A DNA stretch of 64,000 nt from Okamejei kenojei (lineage: Eukaryota): the NCBI GenBank assembly GCA_035221665.1, contig CM069149.1, positions 10,540,001 through 10,604,000 of the forward strand, given 5' to 3'. Positions 23,061-34,942 of this stretch are shown here, one piece after another. Both the position numbers and the translations under genes were made by a program. The stretch's first letter is position 1; each line of letters begins with the position of its first letter. The notes beneath the pieces were generated by a model. It was not told where the DNA came from. It did no database searches and saw only the letters and a list, made by a program, of their open reading frames with translations.

Positions 23061-26000
23061 GCATGGCATGGGTGCTCTTCCACACTTAATCTTTAGGGGG
23101 AAGGATGTAGATTGATGTTGCATGTTAACCAATCACACAGCAGCCAGCATCTCTAACTCCACCCCACTGTAATACTTATACTAACACTTGTTTTCCGGCA
23201 CGGACAGTTGGAGCAGCCAGGATGTACAAACAACTAATCATCCTTCATGCTGTTAAGTTTCAGTGCTGATTAAAGATGTATTTGAATCACGTACTGAGTC
23301 TGGAGATCATTTACAGTAAGCAGTATTGACCTCACATCACATCATTACAGAAGCTGATGCTCTGGGCAGAGGTCTTATAGGCCAATGCCCAAGCCGGCCC
23401 TGAGGGAAAATGTGCAACACACGCACACCAGCAGTCCTATCCTCCAAATCAAGGATGGAATCAGAACCCGAGGGCGGAAACGGAACTCAACAGGGTTCAC
23501 CGAAGATATTTGAAATTTAGCTGGATGGGCAACGATAGCAGTTAAGTGGTGCGAAATGGGCTAACTTCAGCTCCCTGGTTGTTTACCCCTATCTGGATGA
23601 TATTCTAAAATGCTGAATCTTGCTAAATTAGCTGTTTCAGCCACAAAACTCATATTTGAGAAATTGGGGTTTCTCATCCATCCAGTTAAATTTAAGTTGA
23701 TACCAACTAGAGTTATAGATTGCGATGTGCCTTTAACCAATAATTGTCTGTGACTCCGCCCTGGGGCAAGAGATTGTGGCAATTTAGTGGTTGTTTTCAG
23801 CTGCGTAATTGGGGCCTTTGCATTATCAGAACTTACATCGTGCAAAGCTCTCAAGTACCATGTGGGTCATTTTCAACAATTCTATGGGTTAAAGACTTAT
23901 TGTGTGAATATGCATATCTGCATGCTCAGCTACAAGTTGACACACTACAGTGGTGGCATATTTTAATCACATGGGTTGAATTAAGTTAATATCCTGTGAT
24001 AGTTTACCTAACCTCATTTGGCGCTAGTGTATCATCACAGAAATCAATGACAACACAATGAATGTTGGATCACAAAGTATTTAATAACATTATGGATTGA
24101 TGGAACACCAAATATTGATTTGTTTGCATCTAGTCGCAATCAATAGTTGCAAAATCATCCGGCATGGCGGCCATTCTCAGGGGCGGTGGTGATGGATGCA
24201 TTCTCGCTACATTGGGGAGGAATGTTCGTTATGTCTTTCCTCCATTTTGCCTCATCAGTCGGTGCTTGCTTAAAAACCAGCAAGACTTCGCCTCAGGCTT
24301 GATAGTGCCTGACTGGCCTACACAGCCATGGGTCCACTCATACTGTGAATGATAACAGAGCCTTTAATGGCTGTTTCCCAAACACAAAATCTGCTGGTTT
24401 ACCCCTTGATTGGGGAGAACCATCCTCTCTGCATGAGCAAATCAAATTGTTGGGTCGCAGACTATGAGAAGACCTTTCCTGGGGTACGGACTGTCAGGTT
24501 GTGCGGTGGATGTAATCACTGCAGCCTGAAGAGATAGTACCAAGAAACAGTACATCTCCTATATCAAGGAATGGTAAGTGTCCTGTTTATAGTCCAATCT
24601 ATCGTATGACACGGTACGTATAACAAATGTCTTGCTATTCCTCTCAAAGCTATATTTCACAAGAGATGGAGTTATACAAATTGTGCCAGTAGTGCCTTGT
24701 TGTCATACTTCCTGCTGGGGCCGGGACACCACGCTGATATCTAGATTTATGAAGGGTGTCTTCAACTCAAATTCTCCCAGGCCCAGGTACTCAGAGATAT
24801 GGGATGTTTATGTCCTGCTGACGCTGCGCCGTCGGTGGGCTCCAGCTACATTCCTGTCCTCGGTCTATTCACTTACAAAGTGGATATCCTCATGGTACTG
24901 GGTTCAGCGCAACAGGCCCAGTTGTTGCATAAGCTACGACTGGACAGGATTGTTACAGCTGCAAATAATATGATACTTTATGTTCATGACTTAGTCTTGC
25001 AGAGTAGACCGGGAGCATCAGGTCTCAAACTAGTTTCATGGCATACCCCGTGGACCTTTGATTGTGGGCATGGTCACACATCTACAACAGTCATTATGTC
25101 ACCATAAGCCTTAGAGGTTCTGAACTAGCATGTTTGTTAGTTACACATAAAAAAAACCCTCAGACGTAGGTATCAGTATAGACCATCCCCACGTGATTTA
25201 ATGGGTTGGCTTGTGCAGGAGTGAACACTGATATTTCAAATCTCACTCCACCAGGGCTGCAACAACATCAGCAGCGAGGGTTGTGAATGTCCGCTGGACC
25301 TCATCCTAGTGGCTGCAGGTTGGTCAAACCAGCGAATTTCCAAATGTGTTATAATAAACCCATTTGCCAGACCGGGGGTATTTACCAACACTATTTTAGG
25401 TTCTATAGTTTAATTCCTCCTGGATGAGTGGGATTAAACTATAGAACCTAAAATAATACTATTATCATCATTAAAAAGCACCAGCATGTTTCAATCTATG
25501 TCATGCTTTATTAAATATCACTCATCCCTGGTTAATTGATGCAGTGAAATCACAGAGCTTCAAAATCTTCACGTAGTCACTCACGTGACTCCGAAGTAAA
25601 ATAGTAAGATTAAATGAGAACTTACCAGTTTGAAGTTTGATCTTTATTTTATGAGGAGTTACGATGAGGGATTACGTGCCCTCCACTCCCACCCCTCTCT
25701 CATAAAGGTCAGCTGGTAGTTCTACTTTCTCGCATCTTACTATATTCAGTTCAACAACTGTCATCTGTGATTTCACACCACTGCTTTGAAGATTGACGCG
25801 CATGCGGGCTGGCGGGCTCTTCACGTAATCCCTCATCGTAACTCCTCATAAAATAAAGATCAAACTTCAAACTGGTAAGTTCTCATTTAATCTTACTATT
25901 ACTCTTGTGTTTAAATGTGGGCAACTCATCAAGTACATTTTATCCTGGTGGAAGGAAAGTCAGACTGGTTCTGTTTTATTTTACCTTCTATTGCATCCAT

Positions 26001-26967
26001 GTACTATTTCACAGACAGACATTGAGAAGGGAAAGTTATCTCAGTGTGTCCTTTGTGATCAGTTGTAACATTCTGATTTATTCTAGTTTTGGAAATGAAC
26101 ACAATAATCATCCCAGTTTTAATATCAGCGGTACATTTTGTGGTGTACTTGGTGTGGATACTTCGAAAATGTTTTTTTTTAATTTTCACTGCTCATTATC
26201 TCTTGCTACTTTCTCCAGAATTACAGAGGTTAAAGGGAGAACTCATAGAAGTATATAAAATGATGATAGGCTTTGATAGGGTAGGGCCCCAGAACCTTTT
26301 ACCCAGGATGGAAATGTTCCCGGGGAGGAAATGTTAGAGGCATTAAGCTGGGAGGGGCAAAGTTTAAAGTAGATGTGTGGGCAATTTTTATACACTGAGG
26401 GCAGTGGGTGGCTGGAACATGCTTCCAGAAAGGTGGTGGTGGAGGCAAACACGGGAGAGGCATTTAAGAGGGTTTTAGACAGGCATATAGTTACATGGGA
26501 ATGGAGGGATATGGATCATATGAAGGCAAATAAGGTTAATTTATCTTGGCGGCATGTTTGGCATAGATATTGTGGGCTGAAGGGCCTGTCCTGTACTTTT
26601 CTATGTTCTATATTCTATATGTTCTATTGCTGACCCAATTATCCCACGCCAGGGATGATTAAAAATCCTGTCAACGTTTCATCCTCTGCTTTTTATTCAC
26701 CAGGTGACAGACTGGGGTGACATTAAAGTCGGGGGCACTGAAACCTTTACTGTCCTGAAAGGTTTGAGGGCTTTCCTGTCATGTCTCTATGGATTACTCC
26801 ATCCAGGAGTGGAACAGCTTAATGTGGGAACAAAGAAAGAAGATAGTCTTGGATACCTTGGGTGGGAGAGAAGAGAAAAATTGTGTTTGAGTGTATCTTT
26901 CTCTTACATTTAGTTTCATCAAAACTGTAATGATGTTGTATTTTAAGTTACACTTGAATCATTTCAG

Positions 26968-27135
26968 ATCTTGGAGAAGGCCCCTATATGTTCATAAACT
27001 ACTTGTGGAATGACACAATTATTGCAAGCAACAGGATCAATGGGAGCATTTTACCTTTGCAAATCGGCAATGCTGGAGAGAACAATTTGATGAATTTCAT
27101 GATTACACCTGGACTGTACAAAGCTAAACAATCAG
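26968..27135 (+). CDS. OTOGL: Otogelin-like, internal exon (AbfB domain start)
   Basis: tttcAG / GTGAGC, 168 nt, phase 1/1. (D)LGEGPYMFINYLWNDTII...FMITPGLYKAKQS. Confidence 0.93.
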
Positions 27136-27641
27136 GTGAGCATTTTTCAAATTCAATTAGAAAAATGCAATGGATGGCCAAATGATTTTGTATCTTATTG
27201 TCAAATATATGACCTTTTCGGTATAAGTTTTCAACAAGGTTTCGGTATAAGTTCTCAACAAGGTAGAAAGCCTTTATTTTTAGTTATTGTGGATAAAAAT
27301 GGCTGATGAATCTACTTGCAGTTCACCATTTGGCATTATTGTGTCTCAATGGCCACGCTTCATCCAGTTATTCTTCGTTTTAGTTCTAGATGATGTTGTC
27401 CTCTTTTTGCTTTTAACTCAATGAAAATGGCTTTAATACAGAAAGAGTAAATGCTGGGAAAGCTCAGAAAGCCAGGCATTTTTGACAGACATCTTCACTT
27501 CCCTACCAACAGCATAACCTTCTTCAGCATTTTATGTTTTAATTTCCGATTTCCAGCATCTGCACATTTTTGATTTTTTTAAATTGTCATATAGCATGGA
27601 ACCAGACCCTTAGGCCCAACTTGCCCATGCCGAACAAAATA

Positions 27642-28013
27642 CAGAGCTGCCAAGTAATATGGATTTTCCGTATTTTGTAGGGAGGGTGGGAGGGAGAGGG
27701 AGGGAAAGAGAGGAAGGAAGGAGAGAGAGCGAGGGAGGGAGAGGGAGGCTTCCAAAATGGCTTCTACATCATCATCTGGTGCTAAAAGCAGGAAGCAGCC
27801 GCTCATACAGCAGTATACAAAGAGACGGCAATGAATGCACTGTCAACTAAGGTGCGTAGAAGACGTCAATTGGTATTACATGGGTATGACTGCAAATAAA
27901 AAAATAACACTTTCAGCAAAATAGCACCACGTAAAAATACTGATTTCCTCAGCAAAATACTGATTTTCAGGTACTAGAATACTGAAATGCTCTGATAAAA
28001 CTTGGCAGCTCTG
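27642..28013. mobile_element. hAT-like MITE
   Basis: 14-bp inverted termini CAGAGCTGCCAAGT / ACTTGGCAGCTCTG, subterminal AAAATACTGA repeats, flanked by duplicated AAAATA. Confidence 0.75.
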
Positions 28014-28081
28014 AAAATACCCTTAGTTAGTCCCACTTTGGCCCATTCTCCCAAAGCCTTTTCTATCCATGTAGTTGTCCT

Positions 28082-28215
28082 TCTTCTTGCGTATGGCGTG
28101 CACAGTCTAAAGTTGTAAGACAACTTGTTCTCTTTGATCTTCTGTTTGTGCACGCCTGGTTGATTGCATTCATCGTAACAGGGTGGACTACGTGAAGGTT
28201 GCAATCTCCCACCCC
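28082..28215 (-). mobile_element. Short retroposed element with HDV-like ribozyme head and (AAG)n tail
   Basis: TSD ATGTAGTTGTCCT at 28069-28081 and 28216-28228; minus-strand 3' end ...CGCCATACGCAAGAAGA. Confidence 0.8.
28162..28215 (-). ncRNA. HDV-like self-cleaving ribozyme fold, probably inactivated copy
   Basis: GGGGTGG GA GATTGCA ACC TTCACGT AGT CCACCCT GTTACGA TGAA TGCAATC parses as P1 (7 bp with G1-U wobble), P2 (7 bp), P3, L3 and J4/2. Confidence 0.75.
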
Positions 28216-31061
28216 ATGTAGTTGTCCTCAAACGCTGTTATAGCATCTCCCTCAACTACTTTCTTTGGCAGCACATTCCATATGCTCCTCACCCTTTGAG
28301 TGAAACATTTGCTCTGATGGTTTCTATTTAATCTTCCCCTCACCTTAAACTTATGCCCTCTAGTTTTTGTTATACACCTCGATAAGATCACAATCAGCCA
28401 TGTGCACTCCAAGGAATAAAGCCGTAGCCTGCCCAACATCTCCCAAAAAGCTCAGGCCCTGAAGACCTGGCAACATCCTTGTCAATCTTCTCTGCACTGT
28501 TTCCAGCTTAATGGCATCCTTCCAAAGCAGGAACTGAAAATTGAACTCAGCACTCTAGATGTGGCATCAGCAATGTCTTGTACAAACTGTAATAGAACAT
28601 TCCAACCTCTTAACTCAATACCTTGACTGATGAAGGTTGATGTATCAAAGGCTTTCTTTACCCGTGTGTGGACGTGCAGTCGAAGGACGAGAAGCTGAAG
28701 CAAAGAAGTGGAAGCCAAATAACCGAACGGAAACAAAACCGAAACGCCAAATAACCGAAAGCGTATGAAGCTGAAATGCCAACTAAGTGAAAGCGTACAA
28801 AGCCAAAACGCAAACTAACCGAAAGGGTGGGACGCCTAAAAGCAAACTAACCGAAAGGCTGCGTCGCTTACAAGACCGAATGGCCGCTCTGCCGACGTCA
28901 AATAACGGACATGATGTTGCCGTGGGGGTTGGCATTTCGGGTCGAGATCCTTCAGATTCAGTCTTCAGGTCCCTTACACCATCACCCTCTGCTTCCTTCC
29001 ATGAAGCCAATTCTGTATTCAGTCAACTGGATCTCCCTGGATCCCTTGTGATCTAATCTTCCAGAGCATGATCAAAGCCCTTGCTTAAGACCATATGGAC
29101 AACATCTACGACCATGCACTTGTAACCTTTTTTAGTTACTTCTTCAAAGAACTCAATCAAATTCATAAGACACATTCTCCCACATATAAAACCATGCCGA
29201 CAATCCTTAATTACTCCTGTCTGTCTAAATACATATAGACCTTATCCCTCAGAATTCTCTTCAGTTACTTGTCTACCACAGACGATTGGCTCAAAAGGAT
29301 TGCAGCCCTTTTTAAATAGCCCTTTAAACATTAAACATTAGCACGCTATAGTCATCTCGCACCTCACCTGTGTCTAACGATGATTTATATATCTCAGCCA
29401 GGGCTCCTGGAATTTCTTCTCTAGCTGTCCATGGTGTCCTTTTAATCTACCTGATCAGGCCAGGGAGATTTATGTACCTTCATACGCCCTAGGACATCCA
29501 GCACCCACTCCATCATAATACTGTAAGACATTTCCGTTAACTGTCCCAAGTTCCTTCGCCTACATGTTTTCCCCCATGATAAAAACTGAGGAGAAATACT
29601 CATTGAAGACCTTGCTCATCTCCTGGGGGTCCACACGTAGAAAACTGCTTTGTTTTGTGAGGGGCCCGATTCTCTCTGTTTACTCCCTTTCCCTTAATGT
29701 ACTTTGGATGCTCCTTAAATTTATCTGACAGAACTATCTCCTGCCCACTATACACCCTCCTAATTTCCATCTTAAGTACGCTCTTCAGTCTCTTAAACCG
29801 CTCCAGGATACATATGGTATCAGCTGCCTTTACCTGGCCGATGTCTTGTTATTTTTTCAGACCAGTGTCAATTTCTCTCATCATCCAGGGTTTCTTACTC
29901 CCAGTTGCCTTGCCCTTCACTCTAATTGTGCAACAGGAAGATGACATTTCAGTTAAGACATCTGTAGTGGACGTGCTCCACAGTATACAGGGAGTAGATG
30001 GGAAAGTGGGACAACATGAAGTTGGTACGAACGGATGGTTGATGCAGACTCGATGGGTCAAAGGGCCTGTTTCCAAGCTGTTTCTCTAAAATAAACTAAA
30101 GGTCTCTGGTCATGATCTAAACACATGCCGAAAATTTAATATTGCTGAAATGGTAATGCCTTATTGACAGTCAGTGAATGTAGGTGAAGGGTATTTTTTT
30201 CATTCCAGTGAATCTGTGTTTAAGATTCCATGTACTGCAGCCTCACGAAATTCAAAATGGGCAAACAGCCAAGTAAGAGATGTGGCCACTGTATCATTTG
30301 GATTAAGTCTCCTGTAGATTTTTTTCTATTCAGCCATTTTTGCTGTGGTAAATCCTATAAAAGGTTAATACACGGAATATTACCCAGAGATTCATCAGGA
30401 TGTGACATTTTATGTAACGCCCATATCTGGACAAGAAAATTAATAGTTATATGTTGCAATCAGATAAAAATTTTAATAGAAGTTATTGCAAGGGTTCTAA
30501 GTAAAAGTTACGGAAATGCTCATCTCCATAACATCTTCTTGGTGTGTTCATACATAACTATTAAAGCTAAATAGTTGAAGCTAAACTATGAAAGCTAAAT
30601 AGTTTCATATTAAAGTTAAGAAGCAGTTTTTTGCACCACGTGAGAGAAGAGGTGTAACTGTGGAGTTGAGCACAGATTTGCAATGGGGGTGTGGTAGTGT
30701 GAGGTCACACCTTCATCCTTCATACCAGCTGCCCAACAAAAATGGCAGATTGAAAGTGATTTAACTTCAATCTCCTTGCTTGCTTCAGAGCTGACCTTCA
30801 CTCAGCGCTTGGTAAACATTAAAGATGTAACCGATAGTTGGATGTCATAAAATAAAGTGCTGCTCATTAATGAGAGCACTTGTATGCAGACTGGGATAAC
30901 TAAGTCCATAAGGTATCCCCTGTGTTGGTTCCGACAGTGCACTGGATTTCTCTATCCCAATCAGGATAAAGTTGTCAATCTCTTCCTCAGTGGTAGAGTT
31001 GCTGCCTTGCAGCACCAGAGACCCGGGTTCAATCCTGATTACAGGTACTATCTGTATGCAG

Positions 31062-31378
31062 ATTGTTTCAATAAGATCCCCTCTCGTCCTTCTAAACTCC
31101 AGGGTGTACAAGCCCAGTCCCGCAATCCCAGGAATTAACCTTGTAAACCTAGGCTGCACTCCCTCAATAGCAAGAATGTCCTTCCTCAAATTAGGGGACC
31201 AAAGCTGCACACGATATTCCAGGTGTGGTCTCACTAAGGCTCTGTACAACTGCAGAAGGACCTCTTTGCTCCTAAACTCGACTCCTCTTGTTGTAAAGGG
31301 CAACATGCCAATCGCTTTCTTCACTGCCTGGTGTACCTGCATGCTTACTTTCATATACTGATGAACAAGGACCCCCAA
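31062..31378 (-). mobile_element. CR1/HER1 LINE fragment
   Basis: KEVLLQLYRALVRPHLEY..QLWSPNLRKDILAIEGVQ.RFTRLIPG. Confidence 0.85.
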
Positions 31379-31608
31379 TCAGAGATGATTTAATTAATTA
31401 TGGTTTAATTAAATCAATCAGACATGATTTAATTATCCTCTTATTTGGAAACAGTGGATTTTGATATGTGTAGGAAGGAACTGCAGAAGCTGGTTTACAC
31501 CGAAGATGCATAAAATGCTGGAGTAAATCAACGGGAGAGGCAGCAACTCTGGGAAAAAGGAATGGGTGACGTTTTGTGACAGTTTATCCAAAGAATATAC
31601 CTCATATA

Positions 31609-33218
31609 CAGTGCATTCAGAAAGTATTCAGACCCATTCACTTTTCCACATTTTGTTACATCACAGCCTTATTCTAAAATGGATTACATTTTTTTTTCTA
31701 TCATCAATCTATACACCCCATAATAAAAAAGCTAAAACAAATGTTTAGATATTTTTGCAAAGTAATTAATTAGAAATAACTGAAATATCACATTTACATA
31801 AGTATTCAGACCCTTTACTCAGTACTTTGTTTAGGCACCTTTGGCAGCCATCACAGCCTCAAGTCTTCTTGGGTATGACACCACAAGCTTGGCACACCTG
31901 TATTTAGGTAATTTCTCCCATTCTTCTCTGCAGATCCTCTCAAGCTCTGTCGGGTTGGATGGGGAGCGTCGATGCACAGCTATTTTCAGGTCCCTCCAGA
32001 GATATTGGATTGGGTTCAAGTCCGGGCTCTGTCTGGGCCACTCAAGGACATTCACAGACTTGTCATAAAGCCACTCCCTGCGTTGTCTTGGCTGTGTGCT
32101 TAGTGTCGTTGTCCTGTTGGAAGGTGAACCTCTGCCCCAGTCTGAGGTCCAGAATGCTCTGGAGCAGGTTTTCATCAAGGACCTCTCCGTACTTTGCTCC
32201 ATTCATCTTTCCCTCGATCCTGACTTGTCTCCCAGTTCCTGCCGCTGAAAAACATCCCCACAGCATGATGCTGCCACCACCATGCTTCACTGTAGGTATG
32301 GTATTGGCCAGGTGACGAGCGGTGCCTGCTTTCCTCCAGACATGATACTTGGCTTTCAGGCCAAAGAGTTCAATCTTGGTTTCATCAGACCAGAGAATCT
32401 TGTTTGGGTGCCTTTTTGCAAACTCCAAACGGGCTGTCATATGCCTTTTACTGAGGAGTTGCTTCTGTCTGGCCACTCTACCATAAAGGCCTGATTAGTG
32501 GAGTGCTGCAGATATAGTTGTCCTTCTGGAAGTTTCTCCCATCTCCACAGAGGAACTCTGGAGCTCTGTCAGAGTGACATTGGGTTCTTTGTCACCTCCC
32601 TGACCAAGGCCCTTCTCCCCCGATTGCTCAGTTTGGCTGTGCGGCCAGCTCTATGAAGAGCCCTGGTGGTTTCAAAGTTCTTCCATTTAAGAATGACGGA
32701 GGCCACTGTGCTCTTTGGGACCTGCAATGCTGCAGACATTGTTTTATACCCTTCCCCAGGTCTGTGTCTCGACACAATCTTGTCTCGGAGGTCTACGGAC
32801 AATTCCTTTGTCTTCAAGGCTTGGTTTTTGCTCTGACATGCACTGTCAAGTGCGGGACCTTAAATAGACAGGTGTTTGCCTTTCCAAATCATGTACAATC
32901 AATTCAATTTACCACTTGTGGACTCCAATCAAGTTGTAGAAACATCTCAAGGATAATCAATGGAAACAGGATGCACTGAAGCTCAATTTTGAGTGTCATA
33001 GCAAAGGGTCTGAATACTTATGTAAATGTGATATTTCAGTTATTTCTTTTTAATTACCTTGCAAAAATTTCGAAACACCTGTTTTCGCTTTTTTATGATG
33101 AGGTATTGTGTGTTGATTGATGGTTAAAAAAAAATAATTTAATCCATTTTAGCATAAGGCTGTAACGTAATCAAATGTGGAAAAAGTGAAGGGGCCTGAA
33201 TACTTTCCGAATGCACTG
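31609..33218 (-). mobile_element. Tc1-family IR/DR DNA transposon, full length, defective transposase
   Basis: TA TSD; about 210-bp inverted repeats CAGTGCATTC.GAAAGTATTCAG.CCC with internal direct repeats; transposase 32817->31831 in three frames ([35 protein letters not shown]). Confidence 0.95.
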
Positions 33219-33619
33219 TATTAGCCTTATCTTGAGAGACTTTTGACTGTTGGGTTTGATTTTCACGTAAATGTGTATAGTTTTGAGGGGATTCATCGGA
33301 TCAGGTGAAGTTAATTGCTTTTCTGCATCAAGCAAAGAAAAAAATAAAGTGACGCATCATAAATACAGACAAAGGGAGGGGAGAACCTGGGGAAGGGTAT
33401 AAATCTGGCTGTTCTTGCTTTGCACAGATATGACATGGTGTTGAGCCCAAAGTATTTTTGTTACATTATTTCTACAATCTCATTATCAACAGATAAGGGA
33501 TGTTTCAGAAGATTAGCTGGTGATAAAAACATAATAAAAGGTCATATATTCACTTGTTTAAATGTCTCTATTGAAGTTACAAGTTGTGGCTAATAGGCTA
33601 TTTGAAGGTTTATGATGTC

Positions 33620-34070
33620 ATATGGTCATAAGTGATGGGAGCAGAATTAGGCCATTCGGCCCATCAAGTCTGCTCTGCCATTCAATCATGGCTGATCTAT
33701 CTCTTTCCCCTAACCCCATCCTCCTGCCTTCTCCCCATAACCCCTGGCACCCATACGAATCAAGCATCTATCTATCTATCTATCTAAAAATATCCATCGA
33801 CTAGGTTTCCACAGCCTTCTGTTGAAAAGAATTCCAGAGATTCACCACCCTCTGGCTAAAGAAATTCCTCCTCATCTTCCCAAAGGAATATCCTTTAATT
33901 CTGAGGCTATGACCTCTAGTCTTAGACTTTCCCGCTAGTGGAAACATCCTCTCCACATCCACTCTATCCAAGCCTTTCACTATTTGGTACATTTCAATGA
34001 GGTCCCCCCTCATTCTACTAAACTTCAGCGAGTACAGGCCCAGTGCCATCAAATGCTCATCATATGTTAT
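33620..34070 (-). mobile_element. CR1/HER1 LINE 3' fragment
   Basis: ALGLYSLKFSRMRGDLIEMYQIVKGLDRVD...FFSQRVVNLWNS. Confidence 0.85.
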
Positions 34071-34942
34071 TAAATGTCATTAAAATTGACAGCCTATAAA
34101 CTGTAATTAGATATTGTTTTCTTTTTCACATTTATAGCTTTATAGAACTTTATTATTGTGTCCCATTTTTTTTTAAAAAAAAACCTCCCATCATACTGGG
34201 AAGCCAAATTTAAAATGATTGCATCGTCTATAATAACAAATTAATCTTGTATTTAATCTGTCAATGAGAAGTATTTCTGTGGATAAATATAACAAACAAT
34301 TTTAAGTAGGTTGTCGTTTAAATTGCCAACCAGGAGAACATGAAGAAAACATTGAACTAAAAAAGAAACTGATTCTAAAGCAGTTTTGTTAAAAAAAAAT
34401 TAAATTCCAAAATTGAAATAGTACAGCATTTAGCTGCTGTAAGCATTAATAACATCAGATACTACTGTCTTATTTATCATTTTTGACTCGAGAGTCATGA
34501 AGTTAATTTCTCTAATGCACTGATGATTCTTGGGTCATTCTTAAGTGTTCATTTGGCAGCTGTTGGTAATTTATCTGTGCCAGATGCTGTTTTATCAATT
34601 GGGGTTTTGCGATTCTACAAACATTATAAGATCTCTCTCAGATATTTTGTCGAACCCACTGATAAAACTGTCTTGAAAGATTTTCCTCTATGTAAGTGAT
34701 ATGTTTGTATTTGGTTAGCATATATATTTTGTGTGGTTGTACTTACATGGAGCCCTAGAGAAAACAAAACGTTTTTATCAATTTTTATATCCATGTTGAA
34801 CGTATAACGGTACTCTAGCTGCAGGATATTTACATTTCAATGCTAGACCCTAAACCATTTTGCATGGTATTTTGAACAATTTTAACCTAATGTTATGGTT
34901 GAGCAGCCAGAAATTGATTTATATATTGTTGTAATGTTACAG

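Larger units (their letters stand above)
20168..23315 (+). mobile_element. Ty3/Gypsy LTR retrotransposon, internally deleted, nested in DIRS
   Basis: TG...CA LTRs at 20168-20376 and 23106-23315; 5-bp TSD GTAAG; primer-binding site at 20377; polypurine tract at 23095-23105; domain order RT-RNaseH-integrase. Confidence 0.95.
18494..25900 (+). mobile_element. DIRS1-like tyrosine-recombinase retrotransposon, degenerate, with nested insertions
   Basis: Left terminus 18494-18557; right inverted repeat from 25792 with an extension to 25900; internal complementary region 25566-25678 matching both ends. Remnants of RT, a methyltransferase-like domain (IDLFAS...DAFSLHWG..YVFPPFCLI) and tyrosine recombinase (SRFMKGVFN..PRPRY..IWDV; HSTRAA; AAGWS). 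Confidence 0.9.
27585..29925 (-). mobile_element. Degraded CR1/HER1 LINE interrupted by several insertions
   Basis: LGRLRLYSLE...TRGHKFKVRG...FTQRVRSIWNVLP, with RT-region remnants further right. Hosts the MITE at 27642 and the element at 28082. Boundaries approximate. Confidence 0.7.

Noticed and set aside
27217-27263. 23-bp tandem duplication (and an 18-bp one at about 17375-17408)
   Set aside because: Ordinary local slippage duplications with no intervening element.
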